Shown here piece by piece: positions 25,538 through 38,993 of a stretch of 64,000 bases of DNA. Made by a program: the position numbers and the translations under genes. The number at the start of each line of letters is the position of its first letter. The first letter of the stretch is position 1. Origin of the DNA: Octopus vulgaris (lineage: Eukaryota); assembly GCA_951406725.2 (NCBI GenBank), contig OX597823.1:77314001-77378000 (forward strand). Direction: 5' to 3'. Under the pieces are notes generated by a model, which saw nothing but the letters and a program-made list of their open reading frames with translations, did not search any database and had not been told where the DNA came from.

Positions 25538-25963
25538 GGCACAGGAGGGGCTGTGTAGTAAAGAGCTCGCTTACTAACCACATGGTTCCAGGTTCAGTCC
25601 CACTGCATGGCACTTTGGGCAAGTGTCTTCTACTATAGCCTCAGGCTGACCAAAGCTTTGTGAGTGGATTTGGTTGATGGGAACTGAAAAGAACCCTATC
25701 ATATATATGTATGTATATATGTGTGTGTGTGTGTGTGTGTGTCTGTGTGTCTGTGTTTGTATGTCTGTGTTTGTCCCTCCAACATCACTTGACAACCGAT
25801 GCTGGTGTGTTTATGTCCCTGTAAGCTAGCAGTTCAACAAAAGAGACCAATAGAATAAGTACTAGGCTTACAAAGAATAAGTCCTGGGGCCGATTTGCTT
25901 GATTGAAGGTGGTGCTCCAGCATGGCCACAGTCAAATGACTGAAACAAATAAAAGAGTAAAAG
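25538..25963 (+). mobile_element. SINE family A followed by (GATA)n/(GACA)n
   Basis: Full head and tail; tetranucleotide tract at 26005-26145. Confidence 0.85.
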
Positions 25964-25999
25964 ATATATATGGAGAGAGAAAGAGAGAGAGAGAGAATG

Positions 26000-26146
<147 letters not shown>

Positions 26147-26591
26147 AAGAAAGGAAGAAATGTCTGTTGATTCACATTCACCAGAAGGGATAAATTATAG
26201 GACTCAATACAAATGTAAGAGTAATCTTTAATCCATAATAACTGAAAGGCTCAGAATTCCAGTAATCCAAGTTGCTCGTTTCCATTCATCAGTTGGTAAA
26301 CCAAACCTGATTTTCTTTTGAATATTCTCTGTGAGTATTTTTGCTTAAACAGCAACACAATTTCATGACTCAGATTGTATGGAATTTATTACATTTAAAA
26401 TAATATTACCATGAGAACCAGAAATGAAATCAAAAGTGTGAGCTTGAAGCAGCTGTTTTCACACATGTCATTCACAAAAATTTTTAAACGAAAGAACTCA
26501 ACGATAAGTACTTCCTTGAAACAATCATTTTATATTTCTAAAAGTATTCAGACAGTGGATATTCAAAAGAAAGCCTGACTAGGTTTACCAG

Positions 26592-26819
26592 GTGGCGAGC
26601 TGGCAGACACATTAGCACGCCAGGCGAAATGCGGAGCCGTATTTCGTCTGCCGTTACGTTCTGAGTTCAAATTCCGCCGAGGTCAACTTTGCCTTTCATC
26701 CTTTCAGGTTCAATAAATTAAGTACCAGTTACGCACTGGGGTCCATATAATCGAATTAATCTGTCTGTCTGTCCTTGTTTGTCTCCTCTGTGTTTAGCCC
26801 CTTGTGGATAGTAAAGAAA
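26592..26819 (+). mobile_element. SINE family B
   Basis: Exact 12-bp TSD taggtttaccag at 26580-26591 and 26820-26831. Confidence 0.9.
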
Positions 26820-27329
26820 TAGGTTTACCAGCTGATGATCAGAAACAAGCAACTCTGAGTCACTGGAAATCAGATCCTTTCAATTGGCATGGCTGTATGG
26901 TAAGAAGCTTACTTCCCAACCACTTGGCCCCAGTTTCAGTCCCACTGCATGTCACCTTGGGTAAGTGTCTTTTCTTATAACCTTTGGCTGACTAAAGTCT
27001 TGTGAGTGGATTTGGTAGACAGAAACTGAAAGAAGCCTATCTTTTATACACACATAAGAGATGCAGTCAAATCACAGATAGATTAACAGATAAGGTTGTT
27101 TACGTGTGTCGCAGATGTGCAGGAACAGTAGAATGGCCACAGTTGAATGACTAAAACAAATGAAAGATAAGTGTTGGCAGCCAGACAGAATGAAGCTGCT
27201 TGGCAAAGATTGACCTTGAACTCTGTTGTGCACGCACCAAGTTTTAACGTTCTAGTTCTCTTCTGCTCTTTACAGCAATGCTTGGAAGAAAGGTGTGTAG
27301 TGTCTGATTGTCACATTGACCATGACAGA

Positions 27330-27725
27330 GAAAGTTGTCAGAGCAATACCTGCTCAGAGGCCTACATAAAGTTGCAGAAATTGCATGGAGAAGAGTGTAT
27401 GAGCTACACTCAAATGTATGAGTGGTTCAGACGTTTCCAAGATGGCCGTAAAAATGTCAATATTGACAATCGTTCTGGGAGACCCCCAACCAGCAGAACT
27501 GAGAAACACATTGCAGATATGTATGCATCTGTGAAGATTGAATATGCAATGCATGTCTTCTAAGTTTGTGCTAAAACTGCATTCAGTTGACCAAACAGAG
27601 ACTTGGGTTTCAATTGCGCAAGATCCCTTTGATTGTGTCAAAAACAAATAAAGCTTTTTGAAAATTTTAAGCTTTTGGCAAAAAATTTGATGCAGATTCT
27701 CTGCTCAACTTTCTCTATCATGGTC
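27330..27725 (+). mobile_element. mariner transposase N-terminal (HTH) relic
   Basis: EAYIKLQKLHGEECMSYTQMYEWFRRFQDGRKNVNIDNRSGRPPTS is a typical mariner HTH followed by RSGRP. Confidence 0.8.
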
Positions 27726-27862
27726 AATTCAAGTCTATAGTAGAATATACTTGCCCAAGATGCCACACAGCCAGGCTGAATGTGGAACCATGTCGTTGAG
27801 AAGCAAACTTCTTACCCCAAAGTCATGCCTGCACCTATATATATATATGTGTGTGTGTGTGT

Positions 27863-29131
27863 CTGTGTGGTGCAGTGATTAAATTATCGTCAAAATTATG
27901 GAAAAATGAAATAAAACTAACATTTCATTTTCAGATATATTTACCAAAATTCCATAAAAATATCTTCAAATACTAAAAAGCAAATTTATTCAATAAAATC
28001 GTCGTTAGCTTCAACCATGGCCTCCAGATGGCTTCCAAATCTCCTGCAACTCTTTTGGATGGTCTCTGCTATAATCCTTGCATTTAGTTCATCTTTGGTA
28101 TTACAAGGTGTTTTGTTGGTCTCTTGCTCATTTGTGACCCACACTTTATAATCCAGGGAGTTGCAGTCTGGGGAGTTAGATGATCAGATGTTAGGTATGA
28201 TGTGGTTACAGAAATTGTTTGACAGCCATGACAGGGTTCTCCTGCTTATTTTGCATGGTACAGTGTCCTGTTGTCAGACATAGGGTCCAGCAGCAACCCT
28301 TTTCACCAGGGCAGTGCTACCTCCTCCAGGCACATGATGTAGGCCTCCATTTTTGGTCTGAGGCTACGTGGCAAGATGAATGGAAGCATAACGTTGCCAT
28401 CACTAGTGACCATTCCAAATACCATGATGTTGACTAGATGTTTGATTTTCATCACTCTCAGTACTTGTTTTGGGGACACAGCAAGCCAACAGTTGTTCTG
28501 TGTGTTCATCATCTTATCCTAGGAGAAATTTTTCTCATCTGAGAAAAACCATAGTTGGAGCAGATGATTGAGTTTGTTCAAAAGCTTCATAATGTGGTCT
28601 TTCCTCTTTTCCTTGATGGCTTGGGATAAAAAGTGGTCCTTTCTCATCTTGTATGAGGAATACCAAATGTCTTCATGCACTACCTGCCTGATAAGAAACT
28701 CAGACACTCCCATATCCTTGATAATGGATCAGATTGACTTTGAAGGATCACTGTCAATCATGGTCTGTCTCATACCAAAGAATTCAGGAGTTCTATTCTT
28801 ATCAGAATGATCAGAGTGAGTTTTCCAAGCTGCTGTACCTTTGTAATCACCATTAGATTCATTAGACTCTTTTTAAATCCTCTGCATTGTCAGATTGACA
28901 TCCAAACACTCTGAAATGTTTGTATTGGAGCTTCCAGTGCAAATGCCAAGCAGTACAGCATATTTTTCCCAAATTTCTGGCCGAGTGACTTGCATCATGG
29001 TACTGTTTTTTTCACAGACAGTGCCCTACTGACCCTACTATACTGTGTAGTCACCAAAATCAAAAACAAACAATGTGCATGCTCAAAATTATAAATATAA
29101 AATAGCGCCAATTTATCCATTGCATCCTCTG
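27863..29131 (-). mobile_element. Near full-length decayed Tc1/mariner element, maT/DD37D-like
   Basis: WFFSDEKNF...NTQNN.W...MVFGMVTSDG...PDCNSLDY motifs with stops and frameshifts; degenerate TIRs ggtgcagtgattaaatt / aatttatccattgcatc. Confidence 0.8.
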
Positions 29132-29849
29132 TGTGTGTGTGTGTGTTGTATATCATCCCCAAGATGTTATATTTAATTTGTTTATCTGCGTATTTTCCTC
29201 TCTCTATATATATGTATGTGTGTGTATATGTGTCTAGACACACATCCAGAAATCAGACACCAGATGATGAGGATCAAAAATAAAACCTATTGACATGTAG
29301 TTTAGATGTAAATACTGTAAAAATGTTTCATCTCCAAACCAAAGACGAGGTTAAGAGTCCAAAAACTTATAATCTCATTAACAACTAATCACAGATATTT
29401 AGACATTTAAAGAATTATCAACTTCAGTTACTTTGCCTATTTGACAAGTGACTGAGATCAGGGGTTAAAGCTAAGACAGATGAATGACATTAGCCTTTTA
29501 AAACATATATACGTACAGTCATTCTGTTATTGTTTCTCTCTTTAACTGATTTCAGGCATTATTCTTTTCTGTGGTAGCTTTTGCTGTTTTATTCTTGTTA
29601 TCTAAAAGGTTGGTGGTTTGTATTCACCTAAGGACAATATGAATACCATAAGTGCAGAATGGTTGTGCAGTAAGGAATTTGCTTCTCAACGATATGGTTT
29701 CAGGGTCAGTGCCATTGTGTGTAACTTGGACAAGCACCTTCTGCTATAGCCCAGACCAATTGAAGCATTAAGAGTGAATAAAGGCCTTATATATCTATCT
29801 GTCTATCTATCTATCCATCCGTCTGTCCGTTTGATCATCTGTCCGTCTG

Positions 29850-29924
<75 letters not shown>

Positions 29925-30903
29925 GTCTATACTAGCTTAAAAACTGCCCTATCTGTGGAGGACTCTTCATTGGGCCTTGGGCTCAACAATGACATTTCAT
30001 GCATTGAGTACATATAAAATTTTATTAAACTTGACCAATGTTTTTCATGCAATGAACAATTTTCATCAAAACAATGATATAATTAGTTGACTTGGAACTT
30101 ATTGCAAAGCTTCCTGATAAACAACATTTTTTGTCTTCCTATTTGGGGATCAGTACAATTCATTTTTTCTGTCTAACATGTCTTTCTCTCTCTCTCTCTT
30201 TCTATCGAATGTTTTCAACCATCACCAGTACCACCACCATCGTTAACACAACTGCCATACACACAACATTCAGACTTCTGACACCACTGCCATCAATACC
30301 TTTGACTTCACCACCTTCCCCTCAACCACCATCACCACTGTCTTTCACATCACTTACTATCACTGTTATCCTTGACTGACCACCAGCACCATCATCACTG
30401 TTGCTTCCGCCTCTATCACAACTACAGCTCATACTATTACTATCACCCTATTACCATCACAACCATCAATCTACTACCACTTGTTCCGGATTGAGTTGCT
30501 GTCTCACAAACTTTAACATTTTCTTTTATTTCATTCTGATCCAGTTGCGTTCAATGCGCTTTCTGCAATCAAGGAGAATAAAAATCTTAGTTTTCTCAAT
30601 TTTGTTTCTTTCCTGTGATTCCATTTTTTACACCAACCTTCTTCATGTTTTTTCCATGCTTTTTCTTATTTTCTTACTCTTCAGCATCCCTGTGTTTAAA
30701 ATGTATATATAACACATAAACAGAGCCAGAAAAATTGCTTTAAGATACATGGCAATTTTTATAAATATGCCTGTCGAAGTATTGTAAAAGCATAGAACTA
30801 TTGGTAGCTCTTTCAATTGTGTATTTAAATTGATATTTATCTCTCACTGGATGGAGTACATTTTTAGTTGATTCTACCTCTAATCAATCTTTAAACTATA
30901 TAC

Positions 30904-30942
<39 letters not shown>

Positions 30943-30947
<5 letters not shown>

Positions 30948-31089
30948 TTTGGATTTGGTCAAGACTACTGAAAAGGCTGCAAGATTCAACGAAAATTTTA
31001 GGGAAATAAAAATAATAAGTGGAAATGTTACCAGTGAGTGTATTAAATTACGAGGCGCAGAAAGAAAATGACCCTCCCCAGACACAACA

Positions 31090-31090
<1 letters not shown>
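30943..31090 (+). mobile_element. U3-A8 hammerhead family repeat, decayed, flanked by (TA)n on both sides
   Basis: cta ctgaaaa g gctgc aagat tcaac gaaa atttt ag at 30965-31001; downstream sequence matches the 5222-5418 family. Confidence 0.65.
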
Positions 31091-31134
<44 letters not shown>

Positions 31135-31632
31135 CAGAATAATAAGCAAAAAGTGAAAAGGAGAGCTTCTTACAATGCTCAGTTTGTAAACCTATATATA
31201 ACTCAAACCAAAAGCTCCATCAGATGAATATGGTTAAAAAATGTGAGTCCATGTAGATCCTGCCACTGGATAACCAAACAGACCATCTACATAAATTCAA
31301 GTTTCTTAACTGTAGTCTTCTAATGATGTACCTTTGTGCCTGAAATATATGAAGGTTTACCTAATTATTTCTTTCCAATATATGAAGCTCTTCTCCTTTG
31401 CTTTTTGCTTATTTTTGACTTTGGTATCTCAATGCCTCATTCCCAATGTGACACAGTTGATAATTGTTGAGAATTCTCAGCATGAAACCAATGGTAGCTT
31501 TGTTAACCTACAAATCCTACAAATATAGAAATTTTTATCCACCAAGGCAATGTTGAGCACTCATTTTTACTGTTTGAGATTAAACAAAACAATGTGCATA
31601 AATATAAAATAGTACCAATTTACCCATTGCGT

Positions 31633-31681
<49 letters not shown>

Positions 31682-32394
31682 GTGTGTTGTGTGTGTGAGA
31701 ATGTCATACATTCAGTGTTCATGACTTCTAATCTTTCATGAAAATGTATCTAGCCATAGGGAAATACTACCATACTTGGAAATAGATAAGGATTGGCAAA
31801 TAGGAAGGTATCCAAGCATAGAAAAATCCACCTCAAAAAATTTCAATCCAGCCCATACAAGCATTGAAAAGTGGACATTAAAAACCAAAACGATGCATCT
31901 AATATTGAATACTTGGTTTATAATTGTTTCATCAAGCCAGAAGGGTAAAATTTTATTACAATGAGATTTGAACTAGCAATACAAACAGCCATAACAATAT
32001 ACTGCAATGTTCCGCCAGTTCTGTCACTTATGTGTAATAAAATGTGTATATATGTTTTTACTCATTTCTCTCATCAGACCGTATCCATTCTGGAAGAGTG
32101 CCTTCAAAGGCTTTACTCAATCACATCAATTCCAATATTGGTTACTTATTTAATTTAATTTCTATTTATTCAATGAGTAACTTTTGTCATATGGCATGAA
32201 AGGAAATAACATAGCACAATCTACATAAACACAGATACATATATAGACATATATATACATATATGTTGTGTATATGTGTATATATGCCTGTGTGTACATA
32301 TGTACATATATTTATGTGTGTGAGAGTGTGGGCATAGGTATGTATGTGTGTATATATATACACACACACATATGTGTGTATATATTTATATTTA

Positions 32395-32636
32395 GAGGTG
32401 TGTGGCTTAGTGGTTAGGGTGTTGGACTTGTGATCATAAGATTGTGGTTTCAATCCCTAGACTGGGTGATGCGTTATGTTCTAGAGCAAAACACTTCATT
32501 TCATGTTACCCCATTCCACTCAGCTGGCAAAGTGAATAATCCTGTGATGGACTGGCGTCCCATCCAGGTGGGGAATTTATACACCACTGAAACAAGGATG
32601 CCAGCTCTCATGAGCCTGGCATGGCTCGAGAAGGAA
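32395..32636 (+). mobile_element. tRNA-derived SINE with E-like head and D-like tail
   Basis: tggcttagtggttaggg head; cctgtgatggactggcgtcccatccaggtgggg and atgagcctggcatggctcgagaagga shared with 11864-12166. Confidence 0.7.
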
Positions 32637-32801
32637 TTTTTATATATATATATATATATATATATTGATTTTTCGTGAATTCTCCCAATATATACACACA
32701 CACACACAAACATATACAGAAATATATGGATATATATGTATGTATACATTATTTACATTATTTATATTTGATGGATATTTATTCTCATCTTGTTGGTTGT
32801 T

Positions 32802-32847
32802 AACACAATGTTTCGGCCAATATACCCTCCAGCCTTCATCAGGTGTC
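32802..32847 (-). ncRNA. Minimal type I hammerhead ribozyme, canonical core
   Basis: GACAC CUGAUGA A GGCUG-GAGGGUAUAU-UGGCC GAAA CA UU GUGUU. Stem I is 5 bp; stem II has wobble pairs; stem III becomes the palindrome AACGUU if one CpG-type change is reversed. Confidence 0.8.
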
Positions 32848-32926
32848 TTGGAGAAATTTCGAACGTGGGTTCTCATTCCTAAGGTATTTTTCGATGTTAT
32901 TATTATTATTATTATTGTTATTATTT

Positions 32927-33000
32927 AGGTCACTACCTGGAATTGCACTCGGAATGTTGGTGTTAGTAGCCTGCTTTCTTAACCACTAGGCCATATGCCC
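32927..33000 (-). promoter_or_regulatory. tRNA-derived internal Pol III promoter (A and B boxes)
   Basis: Exact A-box TGGCCTAGTGG at +8; B-box-like GAGTGCAATTCC at +51 with two mismatches to GAGTTCGATTCC. Confidence 0.65.
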
Positions 33001-33600
33001 ATCAAATGTAAATAATGTACGTAATTCCTCATCTCTTAAATATAGAACTGTGTATGTATGTATGTATGTATGTATATATGTATGTATATATGTGTATATG
33101 TAAGCACACACACACACATGCTTGTTACAGTCGTCAGTACACTGTAGCCATGCTGGGGCACTGCCTTGAGCAGTTTGGTTGAACAAACCAATCCCAGTAC
33201 ATTTTTTTAAAGCCTGGCAATCTTCTATCATTTGTCAATCAGAGATGGGGACAAATACAAAGACACACACACACACAAAGATAGATAGACAGATAGACAG
33301 ATAGACAGATGTACTAAACATATGCATATGTGGGGAAGCCTTGTCGTTTGACAAATATTCAACTGTTCAATCAAGTGTAACTCTTACTCATTGAATTTAA
33401 ATATAAGTGGTTGAGTACTCCACATACATGTGTACCCTTAATGTATTTCTCATGCAGAATCTGTATGGTACAATAATGCAGTGTGTGACAAGGCTGTACC
33501 TTTTGAACTACTGGTACAATTCATTTTCACTCTGTTCATTTTCACTCACAAGGCTTGAATCACTCCAAGGCTACAGACAATGCCATTTGTCCATGATACT

Positions 33601-33746
33601 GCGCAGGAGTGGCTGTGTGGTAAGTAGCTTGTTTACCAACCACATGGTTCCGGGTTCCTTGGGCAAGTGTCTTCTACTATAGCCTCAGGCCGACCAAAGC
33701 CTTGTGAGTGGATTTGGTAGACGGAAACTGAAAGAAGCCCGTTGTA

Positions 33747-33827
<81 letters not shown>

Positions 33828-34056
33828 GCGTGTGTGTTTGTGTGTCTGTGTTTGTCCCCCTGGCATTACTTGATAACCGATGCTGGTGTGTTTATGTCCC
33901 TGTTACTTAGCGGTTCGGCAAAAGAGACCGATAGAATAAGTACTGGGCTCACAAAAGAATAAGTCCCGGGGTCGAGTTGCTCGATTAAAGGCGGTGCTCC
34001 AGCATGGCCGCAGTCAAATGACTGAAACAAGTAAAAGAGAGTAAAAGAGTAAAGAG
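33601..34056 (+). mobile_element. SINE family A
   Basis: Well conserved, small deletion in the head, long internal (TA)n. Confidence 0.9.
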
Positions 34057-34651
34057 TTATATTAAGCTCTGGACTATATGAGGAGACTTTTCAATCATTT
34101 GACCATACTCTACCTAGACATGTGTGTGTGTATGTCAGTATGTATGTGTGTGTTTGTATGAGTGTAAGTGTGTGTGAATGTGTGTGTATGAGTGTATGTT
34201 TGTGAATGTGTGTGTGTGAGTGTGTATATGTGTGTGCATGTGTATGTGTACATGAGTGTTTGATTGCATATGTGAGTGTATTTGTGTGTGAGCATATATG
34301 TGTGTGTGAGCATGTATGTGTATGTGTGAGTGCATGTATGAATGTGTGTGTGTGAGAGTGTGTAAAAAGCTTCTATGCAGTCTCTGTCTACTAAAACTTT
34401 ACACAAGGTATTGACCATTACAAGACTACAAAACAAGACACCAGCCAAAGACGATTCACTCTGGTATCTCACCTGACACCATGTGACCATGTAGCAAACC
34501 ATTCAACCATGTGATTATTTCTGCACTTATAATAATATTTCATTTCTAACAGATTTATAAGATAGAAGACTAGGGATGAGTGATTAAACCACAATACTTG
34601 ATTGGTAGTTATATTACCAGTTCTTGTAATGGTGAAAGACATAGTTCACCT

Positions 34652-35127
34652 CATCAGATCTGGTTATCAAATCTAAGTAGAGATTTCAAACTTAAAATCT
34701 TCAAAGCCACAGTCGAACCAATTCTACTATATGGCTCAGAAACCTGGACGTTATCAAAGAAACCTGAGAGGCGGTTGGATGGAACTTACACTCACCTCCT
34801 TATGAAAGCTCAAAATCTCTCGTGGTAGTGTCATCCAACCAAAGTACAAATATATGGGAAACTACCACCTGTATCATCTCTTGTGAAAGGTAGAAGAATC
34901 CAGTTTGCTGGACATTGTTGTAGAGCTGAAAACGGAGTAATTTCTACTCTTCTCCTCTGGAAGCCATCTGCTCGCAATACCAGAGGGCGCACACTCTCCT
35001 ACCCTTATGTAATCTCCAGGGATAAAGGCATCCAGCAACAGGACCTCCATAATGCTATGATGGACCGTGAAGTCTGGTGTAATATAGTAAATTCCATTGT
35101 CTCGACCACGGTCGAACAATGATTATG
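34652..35127 (+). mobile_element. RTE-clade LINE 3' fragment
   Basis: IWLSNLSRDFKLKIFKATVEPILLYGSETWTLS...RRIQFAGHC...AMMDREVW, one in-frame stop. Confidence 0.9.
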
Positions 35128-35439
35128 TGTTCACCTCTACTGAATTTCAACTCAAAATATAATGATTAAAGCAATGAAGAAAAACTTTGTGGTATGTCTT
35201 CTGGCTTTTTGCATTCTATGTTGAAATGATGCTGAAATCGATTTTGTCTTTCTTCCCTCCCGGGGTGCTATAATTAAGCAACTAGTTTAATGGTATCAAA
35301 TAACTCTTCTGCTTCTTTTAAAAAGATAAGATTATCCAAGTATACTTCCTTTTAGTTTTAGGATATTAAAATATGATTTGAAGGAGATTTGATTGCTATT
35401 TTTTGGAAGTACTTAAAAATTCACCAACCCGAACCTCAA

Positions 35440-36780
35440 CTCAGATGCTTTTGGAGTATTCTAGATTTCACTCTTGATGTAAATGTGCTAAAAATGGTGG
35501 AAGATTTTATCTATTTAGACAGCGAAACCCAGCTGTACATCTGAATATCTTCTCCAGAAATGGAAAAGTGTTGCTTCTGGCAGGCAAACACCTTTGGAAG
35601 GATTCAAATATCTTACTTATTATTGCTTTCCCAATGGGATGTAAGCAGCTATTCTTGAAATTGAAACTATCTCTGGACTATTTACAGTGATGTATTGTGT
35701 TTGGCAAGTTTGTGTCCAAAGTAATTCAGTATCTTACTTTTCGGCTATGCTTGAAACAGGTGATTCAAACACATAAAGTAGTAGTACTGCCTGTACTATC
35801 GGATGGTGCATTGTCATGGGCCCTGTATGCAGATAATTCAATTAAACAATTTCCATATTTGTTCTCTTTGTAAAATCTGGAGAAATCAAATGGCAATACA
35901 CAATACCCAACAAAGGGATCCTATGTAGTAAAGATTGTTTGCCAACATAACATGGCAGTCCTGGTTTAGGACTAATGTAGCTGTAATTTAGCCCCAGGGG
36001 ACATTGTCTCCAGCTGGCTATACGACACAATCTGTGTCCTTATATTTTCGAGCAAGAGAATTTAGCACCCCCTTGTTCAAAAATATAAAAACACAGATCG
36101 TGTTGTATAGCCAGTTGGAGATGATGGCTCCTGGGGCTACATTACAGCAACATTAGTCCTAAACCAGGACTGCCATGTTATGTTGGCAAACAATCTTTAC
36201 TACAAAGTACTGTTGCTGAATATCTCATGTTATGGGATTTAAAAATAGTAATTTTCTAAAGGGGTCCTGTACTGGTTTTGGTTTCAGCTTCTAACACAAG
36301 GCCAGCAAATTGAGGGGAGTTGGGAAGAACTCAGATGGTACTTATTCTATTAACTTCAAAAGGATGAAAGACAAAGTGGAACTTGAACTGACAACATAAA
36401 AACAGATGAGATTCCACTCAGCATTTTGCCCAGCATGGTAATGGTTCTGCCTACTCCTAAAGCCACTGGTAAGCAAGTATTGCTATAATGAGTCATCATC
36501 TTTGATGGGATGGTCATGTGGCTTCTATGCAACACATTTGCATTCTTGAGCTAGTTCTTACTGTCGGCTTGCTGGTTGTAAGTGATCTGTTGTAGCACCA
36601 ATGAAGCAATAGAAAGAATCTCTTAAGCGAAAGCTGAAGAAGTGTCGTGTGAGTGAAGATGTGACTTCTTACACGGATTCAGCCACTGATCAAAGTAGCT
36701 TGGAGAACTCTCAGCATTAAAGGAACTGGACTCTTTGAACAGACTTGTATTGAAACCGTTGAAGAGAAAAGAAGGTGGAG
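35440..36780 (+). mobile_element. Highly degraded RTE LINE split by a foldback element and a SINE relic
   Basis: Colinear motifs VEDFIYLDS, KVVVLPVLSDG..SW.LY, LNNFH...IKWQYTIPN, then WDGHVASM, KESLKRKLKKC and AWRTL..KG..LFE. Confidence 0.6.
35924..36204. mobile_element. Foldback/MITE with ~134-bp inverted arms
   Basis: tgtagtaaagattgtttgccaacataacatggcagtcctggtttaggactaatgt is perfectly inverted at the right end; inner arms imperfect. Confidence 0.8.
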
Positions 36781-37935
36781 AAGGAAGGGTGCGGGAAAAG
36801 ATCTAAATTGATTACATAGCACTATAACATTTATTTTTATATTATATATATATTATTTGACCACTCTGTTGTCTGTTTGTACTTATGCTACAGCTTCTAT
36901 AATCTCGACAGCTACATACACATATGCACACACACATACACACAAAGACACACACGCACAAACACACATCATACAAATATACATATGTGTATGTATAGAT
37001 GTCTTTATGTACATATACATACACAAGTTTCATTAAGTGCAAGATGATATGTATGAATATAAGTAAGTATGAATGTATGTATGCTAATAAATATACACGC
37101 ATACCTACACATTACACACACAAATACACACAAGTTTCATTAAGTACAACATAAGAAGAAATTTTATCAGTTTTCTTCTTTTGAGTTTTTAACCATCATT
37201 AATTGAATAAGTTTTAGAAGTGAAAATTATTAATAGTCCAAAAGCTTCTAATTCTCTTCTTATTCTATGCATAAGTACCATATCATTAATGGAACTCAGC
37301 AACTCTAAGATAGTATTATTTTCTTTTAACATTACATTTAGCTTACTATTTTTACTGTAATCCTTTATGAAATTAAAACTAAATAAACTAGTGACATTTT
37401 CTTATAAACTTCCATTAATGTAGATATGACCTTTGCATTTGTGTTTAGTACGACCAAGTCTCTTTTCTATTTCCAAATTCTATCTAAACAATGGCAAAAT
37501 CCATTGAATGAAATGTGATTTCACTCCTTCTCTGATGAAACTCCCACTCTAGGACTAATTTATTTAGTTTTAACTTCATAAAGGACAGCAGCAAAATAAT
37601 TAGTAGAAAAGTATACAAGAAAACAATACTGTCCTAGTGTTGCCAAATTCGATTAAGGAAATGGTACTTAAACGTAGAATAAAAAGAGATTTCCGGGGGC
37701 TATTAACAATTTGCATTATCTTCTGAAGTTATTAAGAGCTCAAAGGAAAATAAATGAAATTATATTGTCTGTCGTTTACTGAAAATTATATATAGAGCGA
37801 GATACCTGAGAATTATGAATAGTCCTTCCTTGTGTTGGTTCAACCTACATAGGTGTATATACATGCACGCATACATACATATGAAATAAATACGTGTATG
37901 TATATATATATGTATATATTGCATGTATTTAAGTG

Positions 37936-37972
<37 letters not shown>

Positions 37973-38075
37973 CATACACATACATACTCGTCCTCTCACT
38001 TTTTCTCTCTTTCTCTCTCTCACGCACAAACACACTGACACTCACATACAGTATAATAATGTATATATTAAATAC

Positions 38076-38113
<38 letters not shown>

Positions 38114-38344
38114 CATACATATATACATACATATGCATACATATTCATTCTCTCTCTTTTTCTCTCCCTCTCACACACACACACACACACACAGTGTATG
38201 ATAAAGTATATAAATATATTATATATGTGTGTGTGTGTGTGCATATATATGTATGTATATGTGTCATCTAAGAGTCCATAACTCAGGGAAAATATGCACG
38301 CCCACTCTGTTGACATATATATATACCAATGCTGGCTTCATGTA

Positions 38345-38724
38345 ACTAGCACCCATGCTGGTGGCACATAAAAAGCACATTTTGAGTGTTGGGCCTCATG
38401 GAGGAAATGACAAATGACTGAGACCTTTCACAAAATACTATGCTTGAGAAGAAGAGCCATCAACCCAAGTGAAATCTTAGTTGTGACAGATACTGATGTC
38501 ATACAAATGGCACTCATGTCGATGGCACATAGAAGCACTCATTACACTCTTGGAGAGGTTGGCGTTAGGAAGGGCATCCAGCCATAGAAACCATGCCAAA
38601 TTAGACTGAGGTCTGGTGCAGGCCCTCAGCTTACCAATGCTGATCAAACTGTCCAACCCATGTTGGACAGTTTGACCAGCACTGGTAAGCTGAGGGCCTG
38701 CACCAGACCAAATGATGATGATGA
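38345..38724 (+). mobile_element. Family C copy with a fold-back in its tail
   Basis: Family C motifs plus inverted 48-bp arms at 38610-38657 and 38662-38709, then (gat)n. Confidence 0.75.
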
Positions 38725-38727
38725 TTT

Positions 38728-38781
<54 letters not shown>

Positions 38782-38872
38782 CATATACATATATAATGGC
38801 AGCATGGGTGGTGTTTATAAGCCATTTCAAAACACACAAAAGCTGTTAGATTCACTCAACATTTAAATTTAA

Positions 38873-38923
38873 TTTGTCAAAATATTTTCGTCACTTTGAC
38901 ACTGTGACCTGTTCACTGACTAA
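38873..38923 (-). ncRNA. Candidate minimal type I hammerhead, G3-C8 core
   Basis: UUAGUCA GUGAACA G GUCAC-AGUGUCAAA-GUGAC GAAA AUAU UU UGACAAA. Confidence 0.7.
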
Positions 38924-38942
38924 ATTCTGTGCTACACAGAAT

Positions 38943-38993
38943 TTTGTCAGTGAACAGGTCGCAGTGTCAAAGTGGCGAAAACATTTTGACAAA
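38943..38993 (+). ncRNA. Candidate minimal type I hammerhead, G3-C8 core
   Basis: UUUGUCA GUGAACA G GUCGC-AGUGUCAAA-GUGGC GAAA ACAU UU UGACAAA; perfect 7-bp stem I. Confidence 0.7.

Larger units (their letters stand above)
32745..33050 (-). mobile_element. tRNA-headed, hammerhead-containing element with an inverted copy of its tail
   Basis: Minus strand order: tRNA-like head 33000-32927, (AAT)n, hammerhead 32847-32802, tail ...aaataatgtaaataatg. Inverted tail at 33001-33050; same tail at 48575-48674. Confidence 0.75.

Noticed and set aside
26826-26860. CTGATGA-TCA-GAAA hammerhead-like string
   Set aside because: No stem II and no convincing stem I or III.
29254-29370. Possible very decayed hammerheads (cagatgatgagg...cct...catgta)
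   Set aside because: Too many core mismatches and no second copy in the window.
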